DNA of 64,000 nt, from NCBI RefSeq assembly GCF_009914755.1, contig NC_060930.1; one strand, given 5' to 3'. The translations under genes were made by a program, and so were the position numbers. The notes below the pieces were generated by a model. That model searched no databases. It worked only from the letters and a program-made list of their open reading frames with translations, and had not been told where the DNA came from. How positions within the stretch are numbered: the stretch's first letter is position 1; every line of letters begins with the position of its first letter. This document shows, one piece after another, positions 24,301 to 39,300 of this stretch. This DNA comes from the human T2T-CHM13v2.0 reference genome, Homo sapiens.

Positions 24301-27300
24301 TAGAATCTGCAAGTGGATATTTGGACCTCTTTGAGGCCTTCGTTGGAAACGGGATTTCTTCCTATAAACCCAGACAGAAGAATTCTCAGAGACTTCTTTG
24401 TGATGTGTGAATTCAACTCACAGTGTGGATCCTTCCTTTTGATAGAGCAGTTTTGAAACCCTGTTTTTGTAGTATTTCCAAGCGGATATTTGGAACGCCT
24501 TGAAGCGTATGGTAGAAAAGGAAATATCTTCCCATAAAACCTAGACAGAACCAATCTCAGAAACGACTTTGTGATGTCTGCATTCAAGTCACAGAGTTGA
24601 ACATTTCTCTTGATAGAGCAGTTTTGAAACCCTCTTTCTGAAGGATCTGCAAGTGGATATTTGGAACTCCTTTGGGTCTTCGTTGGAAACGGGATTTCTT
24701 CGTATAAATCTAGACAGAAGAATTCTCCGAAACTTCTTTGGTTGTGTGCATTCAAGTCACAGAGTGGAACCTTCCTTTGGATAGAGCAGTTTGAAACGCC
24801 GTGGTTGTAGTATTTCCAAGCGGATATTAGAGCGCCTTGAGGCCTATGGTAGAAAAGGAAATATCTTCCCATAAAACCTAGACGGAAGCAATCTCAGAAA
24901 CTACTGTGTGATGGCTGCATTCCACACACACGGTGGAACATTTCTCTTGATAGAGCAGTTTTGAAACACTCTTTCTGTAGAATCTGCAAGTGGATAATTG
25001 GACCGCCTTGAGGCCTTCGTTGGAAACGGGATTTCTTCATGTTACTCTAGATAGAAGAATTCTCAAACACTGCTATGTGATGTTTGCATTCAAGTCACAG
25101 AGTGCAACATTCCTCTTGGTAGAGCAGTTGGGAAACACTCCTTTTGTAGAATCTGCAATGGGATATTTGGACTTCTTTGAGGCCTTCGTTGGAAACGGGA
25201 TTTCTTCGTATGAATCTAGACAGAAGAATTCTCAGAAACTTCCTTGTGATGTGTGCATTCAACTCAGCGAGTGGCACCTTCCTTTGGATACAGCAGTTTT
25301 GAAACACTGTTTTTGTAGTATTTCCAAGCGGATATTTAGAGCGCCTTGAAGCCTATGCTAGAAATGGAAATATCTCCCCATAAAACCAAGACAGAAGCAA
25401 TCTCAGAAACTAATGTGTGATGGCTGCATTCCACACACACGGTGGACCATTTCTCTTGATAGAGCAGTTTTGAAACACTCTTTCTGTAGAATCTGCAAGT
25501 GGATAATTGGACCTCCTAGAGGCCTTCGTTGGAAACGGGATTTCTTCATCTAAACCTACAGAGAAGAATTCTCAGTAACTTCTTCGGATGTGTGCATTCG
25601 ACGCACAGAATGGAACATTCCCTTTGATAGAGCAGTTTTGAGACACCGTTTTTGTAGAATTCCCAAGTGGATATTTAGAGCACTTTGAAGTCTCTGCTAG
25701 AAAAGGAAACATCTTCATGTAAAAAGTAGATAGAATCGTTCTCAGAAAGTGCTTAGTGACGTGTGCGTTCAACTCACAGAGTTTAACGTTTCTTTTGATA
25801 GAGCGTTTCTGAAACACCCTTCTTGTAGTAGCTGCAAGTGGATATTTGGACCTATTGGAGGCCTTCTTTGGAAACGGGATTTCTTCATGTAACTCTAGAT
25901 TGAAGAGTTCTCAGAAACTCCTTTGTGATGTGTGCATTCAATTCAAAGAGTGAAACCTCCCTTTTCACAGAGCAGTTTTGAAACACTGTTTTTGTAGGAT
26001 TCCCAAGGGGATATTTATAGCGCATTGAGCCTACGGTGGAAAAAGAAACATCTTCCTATAAAAACTAGACAGAATACTTCTCAGAATCTGCTTTGCGATG
26101 TGTGCGTTCAACTCACAGCGTAAAACTTTTCTTTTGATAGAGCAGTTTTGAAACACTCTTTTTGTAGTATTTGCATGTGTATATTTAGAGCGCATTGAAG
26201 CCCACAGTAGAAAAGGAAATAACTTCACCTAAAACCTAGACAGAAGCAATCTCAGAAACTACTTTGTGATGTGTACATTCAACTCACAGAGTGGAACTTT
26301 CCTCTTTATAGAGCAGTGTTGAAACACTCTTTTTGTAGAAACTGCAAGTGGATATTTGGACCTCTTTGAGGCCTTCGTTGGAAACGGGATTTCTTCCTAT
26401 AACCCTAGACAGAAGAATTTTCAGAAACCTCATTGTGATGTGTGCGTTCATCTCACAGAGTGGAGTCTTCCGTTTGATAGAGAAGTTTTGAAACCCTGTT
26501 CTTGTCGGATTTCCAAGTGGATATTTAGACCACTTTGAAGCCTATGATAGAAAAGGAAACATCTTCATGGAAAACATAGATAGAATCATCCTCAAAAACA
26601 ACTTTGTGATGTGTGCGTTGAACTCACCGTCTTTAACCTTTCTTTTGGTAGAGAAGTTTTGAAACACTCTCTTTGTAAAGTCTACAAGAGGATATTTTGA
26701 GCCCTTGGAGGCATTCTTTGGAAAAGGGAATGTCTTCACATAAAAGGCAGACGGAAGTGTTCTCAGAAACTGCTTTGTGATGTCTGTGTTCAACTCACAG
26801 AGTTTAACATTTCCTTTGATAGAGCGGTTTAGTAACCCTCTCTTTGTAGAATTTGGAAGTGTATACTAAGAGCGCTTTGAGGCCTATGGTAGAAAAGGAA
26901 ATATCTTTCCATAAAAGCTAGACAGAAGCAATCTCAGAAACTCCTCTGTGATGTCTGCATTCAACTCACCGAGTGGAACATTCCTCTTGATAGAGCAGTT
27001 TGGAAACACTCTTTCTGTAGAATCAGCTTGTTTGTATTTGGACCTCCTTGAGGCCTTCGTTGGAAACGGGTTTTCATCTTATAAACCCAGACAGAAGAAT
27101 TCTCAGAGTCTTCTTTGTGATGTGTGCTTTCAACTCACCGAGATAAAGATTTCTCTTGATAGAGCAATTTGGAAACACTCTTTTTGTAGAATTTGCAAGG
27201 GTACATTGAGAGCGCTTTCAGGCCTATGGTAGAAAAGGGAATATCTTTCCATAAAAGGTAGACAGAAGCAATCTCAGAAACTACTTTGTGATGTGTGCAT

Positions 27301-30300
27301 TCAACTCACCGAGTGCAACGTTCCTCTTGACCGAGCAGTTTGGAAACATTGTTTCTGTAGAATCTGCAAGTGGATATTTGGACCTCTTTGAGGCCTTCGT
27401 TGGAAACGGGATTTCTTCCTATAAACCCAGACAGAAGAATTCTCAGAGACTTCTTTGTGATGTGTGAATTCAACTCACAGTGTGGATCCTTCCTTTTGAT
27501 AGAGCAGTTTTGAAACCCTGTTTTTGTAGTATTTCCAAGCGGATATTTGGAACGCCTTGAAGCGTATGGTAGAAAAGGAAATATCTTCCCATAAAACCTA
27601 GACAGAACCAATCTCAGAAACGACTTTGTGATGTCTGCATTCAAGTCACAGAGTTGAACATTTCTCTTGATAGAGCAGTTTTGAAACCCTCTTTCTGAAG
27701 GATCTGCAAGTGGATATTTGGAACTCCTTTGGGTCTTCGTTGGAAATGGGATTTCTTCGTATAAATCTAGACAGAAGAATTCTCCGAAACTTCTTTGGTT
27801 GTGTGCATTCAAGTCACAGAGTGGAACCTTCCTTTGGATAGAGCAGTTTGAAACGCCGTGGTTGTAGTATTTCCAAGCGGATATTAGAGCGCCTTGAGGC
27901 CTATGGTAGAAAAGGAAATATCTTCCCATAAAACCTAGACGGAAGCAATCTCAGAAACTACTGTGTGATGGCTGCATTCCACACACACGGTGGAACATTT
28001 CTCTTGTTAGAGCAGTTTTGAAACACTCTTTCTGTAGAATCTGCAAGTGGATAATTGGACCGCCTTGAGGCCTTCGTTGGAAACGGGATTTCTTCATGTT
28101 ACTCTAGATAGAAGAATTCTCAAACACTGCTATGTGATGTTTGCATTCAAGTCACAGAGTGCAACATTCCTCTTGGTAGAGCAGTTGGGAAACACTCCTT
28201 TTGTAGAATCTGCAATGGGATATTTGGACTTCTTTGAGGCCTTCGTTGGAAACGGGATTTCTTCGTATGAATCTAGACAGAAGAATTCTCAGAAACTTCC
28301 TTGTGATGTGTGCATTCAACTCAGCGAGTGGCACCTTCCTTTGGATACAGCAGTTTTGAAACACTGTTTTTGTAGTATTTCCAAGCGGATATTTAGAGCG
28401 CCTTGAAGCCTATGCTAGAAATGGAAATATCTCCCCATAAAACCAAGACAGAAGCAATCTCAGAAACTAATGTGTGATGGCTGCATTCCACACACACGGT
28501 GGACCATTTCTCTTGATAGAGCAGTTTTGAAACACTCTTTCTGTAGAATCTGCAAGTGGATAATTGGACCTCCTAGAGGCCTTCGTTGGAAACGGGATTT
28601 CTTCATCTAAACCTACAGAGAAGAATTCTCAGTAACTTCTTCGGATGTGTGCATTCGACGCACAGAATGGAACATTCCCTTTGATAGAGCAGTTTTGAGA
28701 CACCGTTTTTGTAGAATTCCCAAGTGGATATTTAGAGCACTTTGAAGTCTCTGCTAGAAAAGGAAACATCTTCATGTAAAAAGTAGATAGAATCGTTCTC
28801 AGAAAGTGCTTAGTGACGTGTGCGTTCAACTCACAGAGTTTAACGTTTCTTTTGATAGAGCGTTTCTGAAACACCCTTCTTGTAGTAGCTGCAAGTGGAT
28901 ATTTGGACCTATTGGAGGCCTTCTTTGGAAACGGGATTTCTTCATGTAACTCTAGATTGAAGAGTTCTCAGAAACTCCTTTGTGATGTGTGCATTCAATT
29001 CAAAGAGTGAAACCTCCCTTTTCACAGAGCAGTTTTGAAACACTGTTTTTGTAGGATTCCCAAGGGGATATTTATAGCGCATTGAGCCTACGGCGGAAAA
29101 AGAAACATCTTCCTATAAAAACTGGACAGAATACTTCTCAGAATCTGCTTTGCGATGTGTGCGTTCAACTCACAGAGTAAAACTTTTCTTTTGATAGAGC
29201 AGTTTTGAAACACTCTTTTTGTAGTATTTGCATGTGTATATTTAGAGCGCATTGAAGCCCACAGTAGAAAAGGAAATAACTTCACCTAAAACCTAGACAG
29301 AAGCAATCTCAGAAACTACTTTGTGATGTGTACATTCAACTCACAGAGTGGAACTTTCCTCTTTATAGAGCAGTGTTGAAACACTCTTTTTGTAGAAACT
29401 GCAAGTGGATATTTGGACCTCTTTGAGGCCTTCGTTGGAAACGGGATTTCTTCCTATAACCCTAGACAGAAGAATTTTCAGAAACCTCATTGTGATGTGT
29501 GCGTTCATCTCACAGAGTGGAGTCTTCCGTTTGATAGAGAAGTTTTGAAACCCTGTTCTTGTAGGATTTCCAAGTGGATATTTAGACCACTTTGAAGCCT
29601 ATGATAGAAAAGGAAACATCTTCATGGAAAACATAGATAGAATCATCCTCAGAAACAACTTTGTGATGTGTGCGTTGAACTCACCGTCTTTAACCTTTCT
29701 TTTGGTAGAGAAGTTTTGAAACACTCTCTTTCGTAAAGTCTACAAGTGGATATTTTGAGCCCTTGGAGGCATTCTTTGGAAAAGGGAATGTCTTCACATA
29801 AAAGGCAGACGGAAGTGTTCTCAGAAACTGCTTTGTGATGTCTGTGTTCAACTCACAGAGTTTAACATTTCCTTTGATAGAGCGGTTTAGTAACCCTCTC
29901 TTTGTAGAATTTGGAAGTGTATACTAAGAGCGCTTTGAAGCCTATGGTAGAAAAGGAAATATCTTTCCATAAAAGCTAGACAGAAGCAATCTCAGAAACT
30001 CCTCTGTGATGTCTGCATTCAACTCACCGAGTGGAACATTCCTCTTGATAGAGCAGTTTGGAAACACTCTTTCTGTAGAATCAGCTTGTTTGTATTTGGA
30101 CCTCCTTGAGGCCTTCGTTGGAAACGGGTTTTCATCTTATAAACCCAGACAGAAGAATTCTCAGAGTCTTCTTTGTGATGTGTGCTTTCAACTCACCGAG
30201 ATAAAGATTTCTCTTGATAGAGCAATTTGGAAACACTCTTTTTGTAGAATTTGCAAGGGTACATTGAGAGCGCTTTCAGGCCTATGGTAGAAAAGGGAAT

Positions 30301-33300
30301 ATCTTTCCATAAAAGGTAGACAGAAGCAATCTCAGAAACTACTTTGTGATGTGTGCATTCAACTCACCGAGTGCAACGTTCCTCTTGACCGAGCAGTTTG
30401 GAAACATTGTTTCTGTAGAATCTGCAAGTGGATATTTGGACCTCTTTGAGGCCTTCGTTGGAAACGGGATTTCTTCCTATAAACCCAGACAGAAGAATTC
30501 TCAGAGACTTCTTTGTGATGTGTGAATTCAACTCACAGTGTGGATCCTTCCTTTTGATAGAGCAGTTTTGAAACCCTGTTTTTGTAGTATTTCCAAGCGG
30601 ATATTTGGAACGCCTTGAAGCGTATGGTAGAAAAGGAAATATCTTCCCATAAAACCTAGACAGAACCAATCTCAGAAACGACTTTGTGATGTCTGCATTC
30701 AAGTCACAGAGTTGAACATTTCTCTTGATAGAGCAGTTTTGAAACCCTCTTTCTGAAGGATCTGCAAGTGGATATTTGGAACTCCTTTGGGTCTTCGTTG
30801 GAAACGGGATTTCTTCGTATAAATCTAGACAGAAGAATTCTCCGAAACTTCTTTGGTTGTGTGCATTCAAGTCACAGAGTGGAACCTTCCTTTGGATAGA
30901 GCAGTTTGAAACGCCGTGGTTGTAGTATTTCCAAGCGGATATTAGAGCGCCTTGAGGCCTATGGTAGAAAAGGAAATATCTTCCCATAAAACCTAGACGG
31001 AAGCAATCTCAGAAACTACTGTGTGATGGCTGCATTCCACACACACGGTGGAACATTTCTCTTGATAGAGCAGTTTTGAAACACTCTTTCTGTAGAATCT
31101 GCAAGTGGATAATTGGACCGCCTTGAGGCCTTCGTTGGAAACGGGATTTCTTCATGTTACTCTAGATAGAAGAATTCTCAAACACTGCTATGTGATGTTT
31201 GCATTCAAGTCACAGAGTGCAACATTCCTCTTGGTAGAGCAGTTGGGAAACACTCCTTTTGTAGAATCTGCAATGGGATATTTGGACTTCTTTGAGGCCT
31301 TCGTTGGAAACGGGATTTCTTCGTATGAATCTAGACAGAAGAATTCTCAGAAACTTCCTTGTGATGTGTGCATTCAACTCAGCGAGTGGCACCTTCCTTT
31401 GGATACAGCAGTTTTGAAACACTGTTTTTGTAGTATTTCCAAGCGGATATTTAGAGCGCCTTGAAGCCTATGCTAGAAATGGAAATATCTCCCCATAAAA
31501 CCAAGACAGAAGCAATCTCAGAAACTAATGTGTGATGGCTGCATTCCACACACACGGTGGACCATTTCTCTTGATAGAGCAGTTTTGAAACACTCTTTCT
31601 GTAGAATCTGCAAGTGGATAATTGGACCTCCTAGAGGCCTTCGTTGGAAACGGGATTTCTTCATCTAAACCTACAGAGAAGAATTCTCAGTAACTTCTTC
31701 GGATGTGTGCATTCGACGCACAGAATGGAACATTCCCTTTGATAGAGCAGTTTTGAGACACCGTTTTTGTAGAATTCCCAAGTGGATATTTAGAGCACTT
31801 TGAAGTCTCTGCTAGAAAAGGAAACATCTTCATGTAAAAAGTAGATAGAATCGTTCTCAGAAAGTGCTTAGTGACGTGTGCGTTCAACTCACAGAGTTTA
31901 ACGTTTCTTTTGATAGAGCGTTTCTGAAACACCCTTCTTGTAGTAGCTGCAAGTGGATATTTGGACCTATTGGAGGCCTTCTTTGGAAACGGGATTTCTT
32001 CATGTAACTCTAGATTGAAGAGTTCTCAGAAACTCCTTTGTGATGTGTGCATTCAATTCAAAGAGTGAAACCTCCCTTTTCACAGAGCAGTTTTGAAACA
32101 CTGTTTTTGTAGGATTTCCAAGGGGATATTTATAGCGCATTGAGCCTACGGCGGAAAAAGAAATATCTTCCTATAAAAACTAGACAGAATACTTCTCAGA
32201 ATCTGCTTTGCGATGTGTGCGTTCAACTCACAGAGTAAAACTTTTCTTTTGATAGAGCAGTTTTGAAACACTCTTTTTGTAGTATTTGCATGTGTATATT
32301 TAGAGCGCATTGAAGCCCACAGTAGAAAAGGAAATAACTTCACCTAAAACCTAGACAGAAGCAATCTCAGAAACTACTTTGTGATGTGTACATTCAACTC
32401 ACAGAGTGGAACTTTCCTCTTTATAGAGCAGTGTTGAAACACTCTTTTTGTAGAAACTGCAAGTGGATATTTGGACCTCTTTGAGGCCTTCGTTGGAAAC
32501 GGGATTTCTTCCTATAACCCTAGACAGAAGAATTTTCAGAAACCTCATTGTGATGTGTGCGTTCATCTCACAGAGTGGAGTCTTCCGTTTGATAGAGAAG
32601 TTTTGAAACCCTGTTCTTGTAGGATTTCCAAGTGGATATTTAGACCACTTTGAAGCCTATGATAGAAAAGGAAACATCTTCATGGAAAACATAGATAGAA
32701 TCATTCTCAGAAACAACTTTGTGATGTGTGCGTTGAACTCACCGTCTTTAACCTTTCTTTTGGTAGAGAAGTTTTGAAACACTCTCTTTGTAAAGTCTAC
32801 AAGTGGATATTTTGAGCCCTTGGAGGCATTCTTTGGAAAAGGGAATGTCTTCACATAAAAGGCAGACAGAAGTGTTCTCAGAAACTGCTTTGTGATGTCT
32901 GTGTTCAACTCACATTTAACATTTCCTTTGATAGAGCGGTTTAGTAACCCTCTCTTTGTAGAATTTGGAAGTGTATACTAAGAGCGCTTTGAGGCCTATG
33001 GTAGAAAAGGAAATATCTTTCCATAAAAGCTAGACAGAAGCAATCTCAGAAACTCCTCTGTGATGTCTGCATTCAACTCACCGAGTGGAACATTCCTCTT
33101 GATAGAGCAGTTTGGAAACACTCTTTCTGTAGAATCAGCTTGTTTGTATTTGGACCTCCTTGAGGCCTTCGTTGGAAACGGGTTTTCATCTTATAAACCC
33201 AGACAGAAGAATTCTCAGAGTCTTCTTTGTGATGTGTGCTTTCAACTCACCGAGATAAAGATTTCCCTTGATAGAGCAATTTGGAAACACTCTTTTTGTA

Positions 33301-36300
33301 GAATTTGCAAGGGTACATTGAGAGCACTTTCAGGCCTATGGTAGAAAAGGGAATATCTTTCCATAAAAGGTAGACAGAAGCAATCTCAGAAACTACTTTG
33401 TGATGTGTGCATTCAACTCACCGAGTGCAACGTTCCTCTTGACCGAGCAGTTTGGAAACATTGTTTCTGTAGAATCTGCAAGTGGATATTTGGACCTCTT
33501 TGAGGCCTTCGTTGGAAACGGGATTTCTTCCTATAAACCCAGACAGAAGAATTCTCAGAGACTTCTTTGTGATGTGTGAATTCAACTCACAGTGTGGATC
33601 CTTCCTTTTGATAGAGCAGTTTTGAAACCCTGTTTTTGTAGTATTTCCAAGCGGATATTTGGAACGCCTTGAAGCGTATGGTAGAAAAGGAAATATCTTC
33701 CCATAAAACCTAGACAGAACCAATCTCAGAAACGACTTTGTGATGTCTGCATTCAAGTCACAGAGTTGAACATTTCTCTTGATAGAGCAGTTTTGAAACC
33801 CTCTTTCTGAAGGATCTGCAAGTGGATATTTGGAACTCCTTTGGGTCTTCGTTGGAAACGGGATTTCTTCGTATAAATCTAGACAGAAGAATTCTCCGAA
33901 ACTTCTTTGGTTGTGTGCATTCAAGTCACAGAGTGGAACCTTCCTTTGGATAGAGCAGTTTGAAACGCCGTGGTTGTAGTATTTCCAAGCGGATATTAGA
34001 GCGCCTTGAGGCCTATGGTAGAAAAGGAAATATCTTCCCATAAAACCTAGACGGAAGCAATCTCAGAAACTACTGTGTGATGGCTGCATTCCACACACAC
34101 GGTGGAACATTTCTCTTGATAGAGCAGTTTTGAAACACTCTTTCTGTAGAATCTGCAAGTGGATAATTGGACCGCCTTGAGGCCTTCGTTGGAAACGGGA
34201 TTTCTTCATGTTACTCTAGATAGAAGAATTCTCAAACACTGCTATGTGATGTTTGCATTCAAGTCACAGAGTGCAACATTCCTCTTGGTAGAGCAGTTGG
34301 GAAACACTCCTTTTGTAGAATCTGCAATGGGATATTTGGACTTCTTTGAGGCCTTCGTTGGAAACGGGATTTCTTCGTATGAATCTAGACAGAAGAATTC
34401 TCAGAAACTTCCTTGTGATGTGTGCATTCAACTCAGCGAGTGGCACCTTCCTTTGGATACAGCAGTTTTGAAACACTGTTTTTGTAGTATTTCCAAGCGG
34501 ATATTTAGAGCGCCTTGAAGCCTATGCTAGAAATGGAAATATCTCCCCATAAAACCAAGACAGAAGCAATCTCAGAAACTAATGTGTGATGGCTGCATTC
34601 CACACACACGGTGGACCATTTCTCTTGATAGAGCAGTTTTGAAACACTCTTTCTGTAGAATCTGCAAGTGGATAATTGGACCTCCTAGAGGCCTTCGTTG
34701 GAAACGGGATTTCTTCATCTAAACCTACAGAGAAGAATTCTCAGTAACTTCTTCGGATGTGTGCATTCGACTCACAGAATGGAACATTCCCTTTGATAGA
34801 GCAGTTTTGAGAGACCGTTTTTGTAGAATTCCCAAGTGGATATTTAGAGCACTTTGAAGTCTCTGCTAGAAAAGGAAACATCTTCATGTAAAAAGTAGAT
34901 AGAATCGTTCTCAGAAAGTGCTTAGTGACGTGTGCGTTCAACTCACAGAGTTTAACGTTTCTTTTGATAGAGCGTTTCTGAAACACCCTTCTTGTAGTAG
35001 CTGCAAGTGGATATTTGGACCTATTGGAGGCCTTCTTTGGAAATGGGATTTCTTCATGTAACTCTAGATTGAAGAGTTCTCAGAAACTCCTTTGTGATGT
35101 GTGCATTCAATTCAAAGAGTGAAACCTCCCTTTCCACAGAGCAGTTTTGAAACACTGTTTTTGTAGGATTTCCAAGGGGATATTTATAGCGCATTGAGCC
35201 TACGGCGGAAAAAGAAATATCTTCCTATAAAAACTAGACAGAATACTTCTCAGAATCTGCTTTGCGATGTGTGCGTTCAACTCACAGAGTAAAACTTTTC
35301 TTTTGATAGAGCAGTTTTGAAACACTCTTTTTGTAGTATTTGCATGTGTATATTTAGAGCGCATTGAAGCCCACAGTAGAAAAGGAAATAACTTCACCTA
35401 AAACCTAGACAGAAGCAATCTCAGAAACTACTTTGTGATGTGTACATTCAACTCACAGAGTGGAACTTTCCTCTTTATAGAGCAGTGTTGAAACACTCTT
35501 TTTGTAGAAACTGCAAGTGGATATTTGGACCTCTTTGAGGCCTTCGTTGGAAACGGGATTTCTTCCTATAACCCTAGACAGAAGAATTTTCAGAAACCTC
35601 ATTGTGATGTGTGCGTTCATCTCACAGAGTGGAGTCTTCCGTTTGATAGAGAAGTTTTGAAACCCTGTTCTTGTAGGATTTCCAAGTGGATATTTAGACC
35701 ACTTTGAAGCCTATGATAGAAAAGGAAACATCTTCATGGAAAACATAGATAGAATCATTCTCAGAAACAACTTTGTGATGTGTGCGTTGAACTCACCATC
35801 TTTAACCTTTCTTTTGGTAGAGAAGTTTTGAAACACTCTCTTTGTAAAGTCTACAAGTGGATATTTTGAGCCCTTGGAGGCATTCTTTGGAAAAGGGAAT
35901 GTCTTCACATAAAAGGCAGACAGAAGTGTTCTCAGAAACTGCTTTGTGATGTCTGTGTTCAACTCACATTTAACATTTCCTTTGATAGAGCGGTTTAGTA
36001 ACCCTCTCTTTGTAGAATTTGGAAGTGTATACTAAGAGCGCTTTGAGGCGTATGGTAGAAAAAGAAATATCTTTCCATAAAAGCTAGACAGAAGCAATCT
36101 CAGAAACTCCTCTGTGATGTCTGCATTCAACTCACCGAGTAGAACATTCCTCTTGAGAGAGCAGTTTGGAAACACTCTTTCTGTAGAATCAGCTTGTTTG
36201 TATTTGGACCTCCTTGAGGCCTTCGTTGGAAACGGGTTTTCATCTTATAAACCCAGACAGAAGAATTCTCAGAGTCTTCTTTGTGATGTGTGCTTTCAAC

Positions 36301-39300
36301 TCACCGAGATAAAGATTTCTCTTGATAGAGCAATTTGGAAACACTCTTTTTGTAGAATTTGCAAGGGTACATTGAGAGCGCTTTCAGGCCTATGGTAGAA
36401 AAGGGAATATCTTTCCATAAAAGGTAGACAGAAGCAATCTCAGAAACTACTTTGTGATGTGTGCATTCAACTCACCGAGTGCAACGTTCCTCTTGACCGA
36501 GCAGTTTGGAAACATTGTTTCTGTAGAATCTGCAAGTGGATATTTGGACCTCTTTGAGGCCTTCGTTGGAAACGGGATTTCTTCCTATAAACCCAGACAG
36601 AAGAATTCTCAGAGACTTCTTTGTGATGTGTGAATTCAACTCACAGTGTGGATCCTTCCTTTTGATAGAGCAGTTTTGAAACCCTGTTTTTGTAGTATTT
36701 CCAAGCGGATATTTGGAACGCCTTGAAGCGTATGGTAGAAAAGGAAATATCTTCCCATAAAACCTAGACAGAACCAATCTCAGAAACGACTTTGTGATGT
36801 CTGCATTCAAGTCACAGAGTTGAACATTTCTCTTGATAGAGCAGTTTTGAAACCCTCTTTCTGAAGGATCTGCAAGTGGATATTTGGAACTCCTTTGGGT
36901 CTTCGTTGGAAACGGGATTTCTTCGTATAAATCTAGACAGAAGAATTCTCCGAAACTTCTTTGGTTGTGTGCATTCAAGTCACAGAGTGGAACCTTCCTT
37001 TGGATAGAGCAGTTTGAAACGCCGTGGTTGTAGTATTTCCAAGCGGATATTAGAGCGCCTTGAGGCCTATGGTAGAAAAGGAAATATCTTCCCATAAAAC
37101 CTAGACGGAAGCAATCTCAGAAACTACTGTGTGATGGCTGCATTCCACACACACGGTGGAACATTTCTCTTGATAGAGCAGTTTTGAAACACTCTTTCTG
37201 TAGAATCTGCAAGTGGATAATTGGACCGCCTTGAGGCCTTCGTTGGAAACGGGATTTCTTCATGTTACTCTAGATAGAAGAATTCTCAAACACTGCTATG
37301 TGATGTTTGCATTCAAGTCACAGAGTGCAACATTCCTCTTGGTAGAGCAGTTGGGAAACACTCCTTTTGTAGAATCTGCAATGGGATATTTGGACTTCTT
37401 TGAGGCCTTCGTTGGAAACGGGATTTCTTCGTATGAATCTAGACAGAAGAATTCTCAGAAACTTCCTTGTGATGTGTGCATTCAACTCAGCGAGTGGCAC
37501 CTTCCTTTGGATACAGCAGTTTTGAAACACTGTTTTTGTAGTATTTCCAAGCGGATATTTAGAGCGCCTTGAAGCCTATGCTAGAAATGGAAATATCTCC
37601 CCATAAAACCAAGACAGAAGCAATCTCAGAAACTAATGTGTGATGGCTGCATTCCACACACACGGTGGACCATTTCTCTTGATAGAGCAGTTTTGAAACA
37701 CTCTTTCTGTAGAATCTGCAAGTGGATAATTGGACCTCCTAGAGGCCTTCGTTGGAAACGGGATTTCTTCATCTAAACCTACAGAGAAGAATTCTCAGTA
37801 ACTTCTTCGGATGTGTGCATTCGACGCACAGAATGGAACATTCCCTTTGATAGAGCAGTTTTGAGACACCGTTTTTGTAGAATTCCCAAGTGGATATTTA
37901 GAGCACTTTGAAGTCTCTGCTAGAAAAGGAAACATCTTCATGTAAAAAGTAGATAGAATCGTTCTCAGAAAGTGCTTAGTGACGTGTGCGTTCAACTCAC
38001 AGAGTTTAACGTTTCTTTTGATAGAGCGTTTCTGAAACACCCTTCTTGTAGTAGCTGCAAGTGGATATTTGGACCTATTGGAGGCCTTCTTTGGAAACGG
38101 GATTTCTTCATGTAACTCTAGATTGAAGAGTTCTCAGAAACTCCTTTGTGATGTGTGCATTCAATTCAAAGAGTGAAACCTCCCTTTTCACAGAGCAGTT
38201 TTGAAACACTGTTTTTGTAGGATTTCCAAGGGGATATTTATAGCGCATTGAGCCTACGGCGGAAAAAGAAACAACTTCCTATAAAAACTAGACAGAATAC
38301 TTCTCAGAATCTGCTTTGCGATGTGTGCGTTCAACCCACAGAGTAAAACTTTTCTTTTGATAGAGCAGTTTTGAAACACTCTTTTTGTAGTATTTGCATG
38401 TGTATATTTAGAGCGCATTGAAGCCCACAGTAGAAAAGGAAATAACTTCACCTAAAACCTAGACAGAAGCAATCTCAGAAACTACTTTGTGATGTGTACA
38501 TTCAACTCACAGAGTGGAACTTTCCTCTTTATAGAGCAGTGTTGAAACACTCTTTTTGTAGAAACTGCAAGTGGATATTTGGACCTCTTTGAGGCCTTCG
38601 TTGGAAACGGGATTTCTTCCTATAACCCTAGACAGAAGAATTTTCAGAAACCTCATTGTGATGTGTGCGTTCATCTCACAGAGTGGAGTCTTCCGTTTGA
38701 TAGAGAAGTTTTGAAACCCTGTTCTTGTAGGATTTCCAAGTGGATATTTAGACCACTTTGAAGCCTATGATAGAAAAGGAAACATCTTCATGGAAAACAT
38801 AGATAGAATCATTCTCAGAAACAACTTTGTGATGTGTGCGTTGAACTCACCGTCTTTAACCTTTCTTTTGGTAGAGAAGTTTTGAAACACTCTCTTTGTA
38901 AAGTCTACAAGTGGATATTTTGAGCCCTTGGAGGCATTCTTTGGAAAAGGGAATGTCTTCACATAAAAGGCAGACGGAAGTGTTCTCAGAAACTGCTTTG
39001 TGATGTCTGTGTTCAACTCACAGAGTTTAACATTTCCTTTGATAGAGCGGTTTAGTAACCCTCTCTTTGTAGAATTTGGAAGTGTATACTAAGAGCGCTT
39101 TGAGGCCTATGGTAGAAAAGGAAATATCTTTCCATAAAAGCTAGACAGAAGCAATCTCAGAAACTCCTTTGTGATGTCTGCATTCAACTCACCGAGTGGA
39201 ACATTCCTCTTGATAGAGCAGTTTGGAAACACTCTTTCTGTAGAATCAGCTTGTTTGTATTTGGACCTCCTTGAGGCCTTCGTTGGAAACGGGTTTTCAT

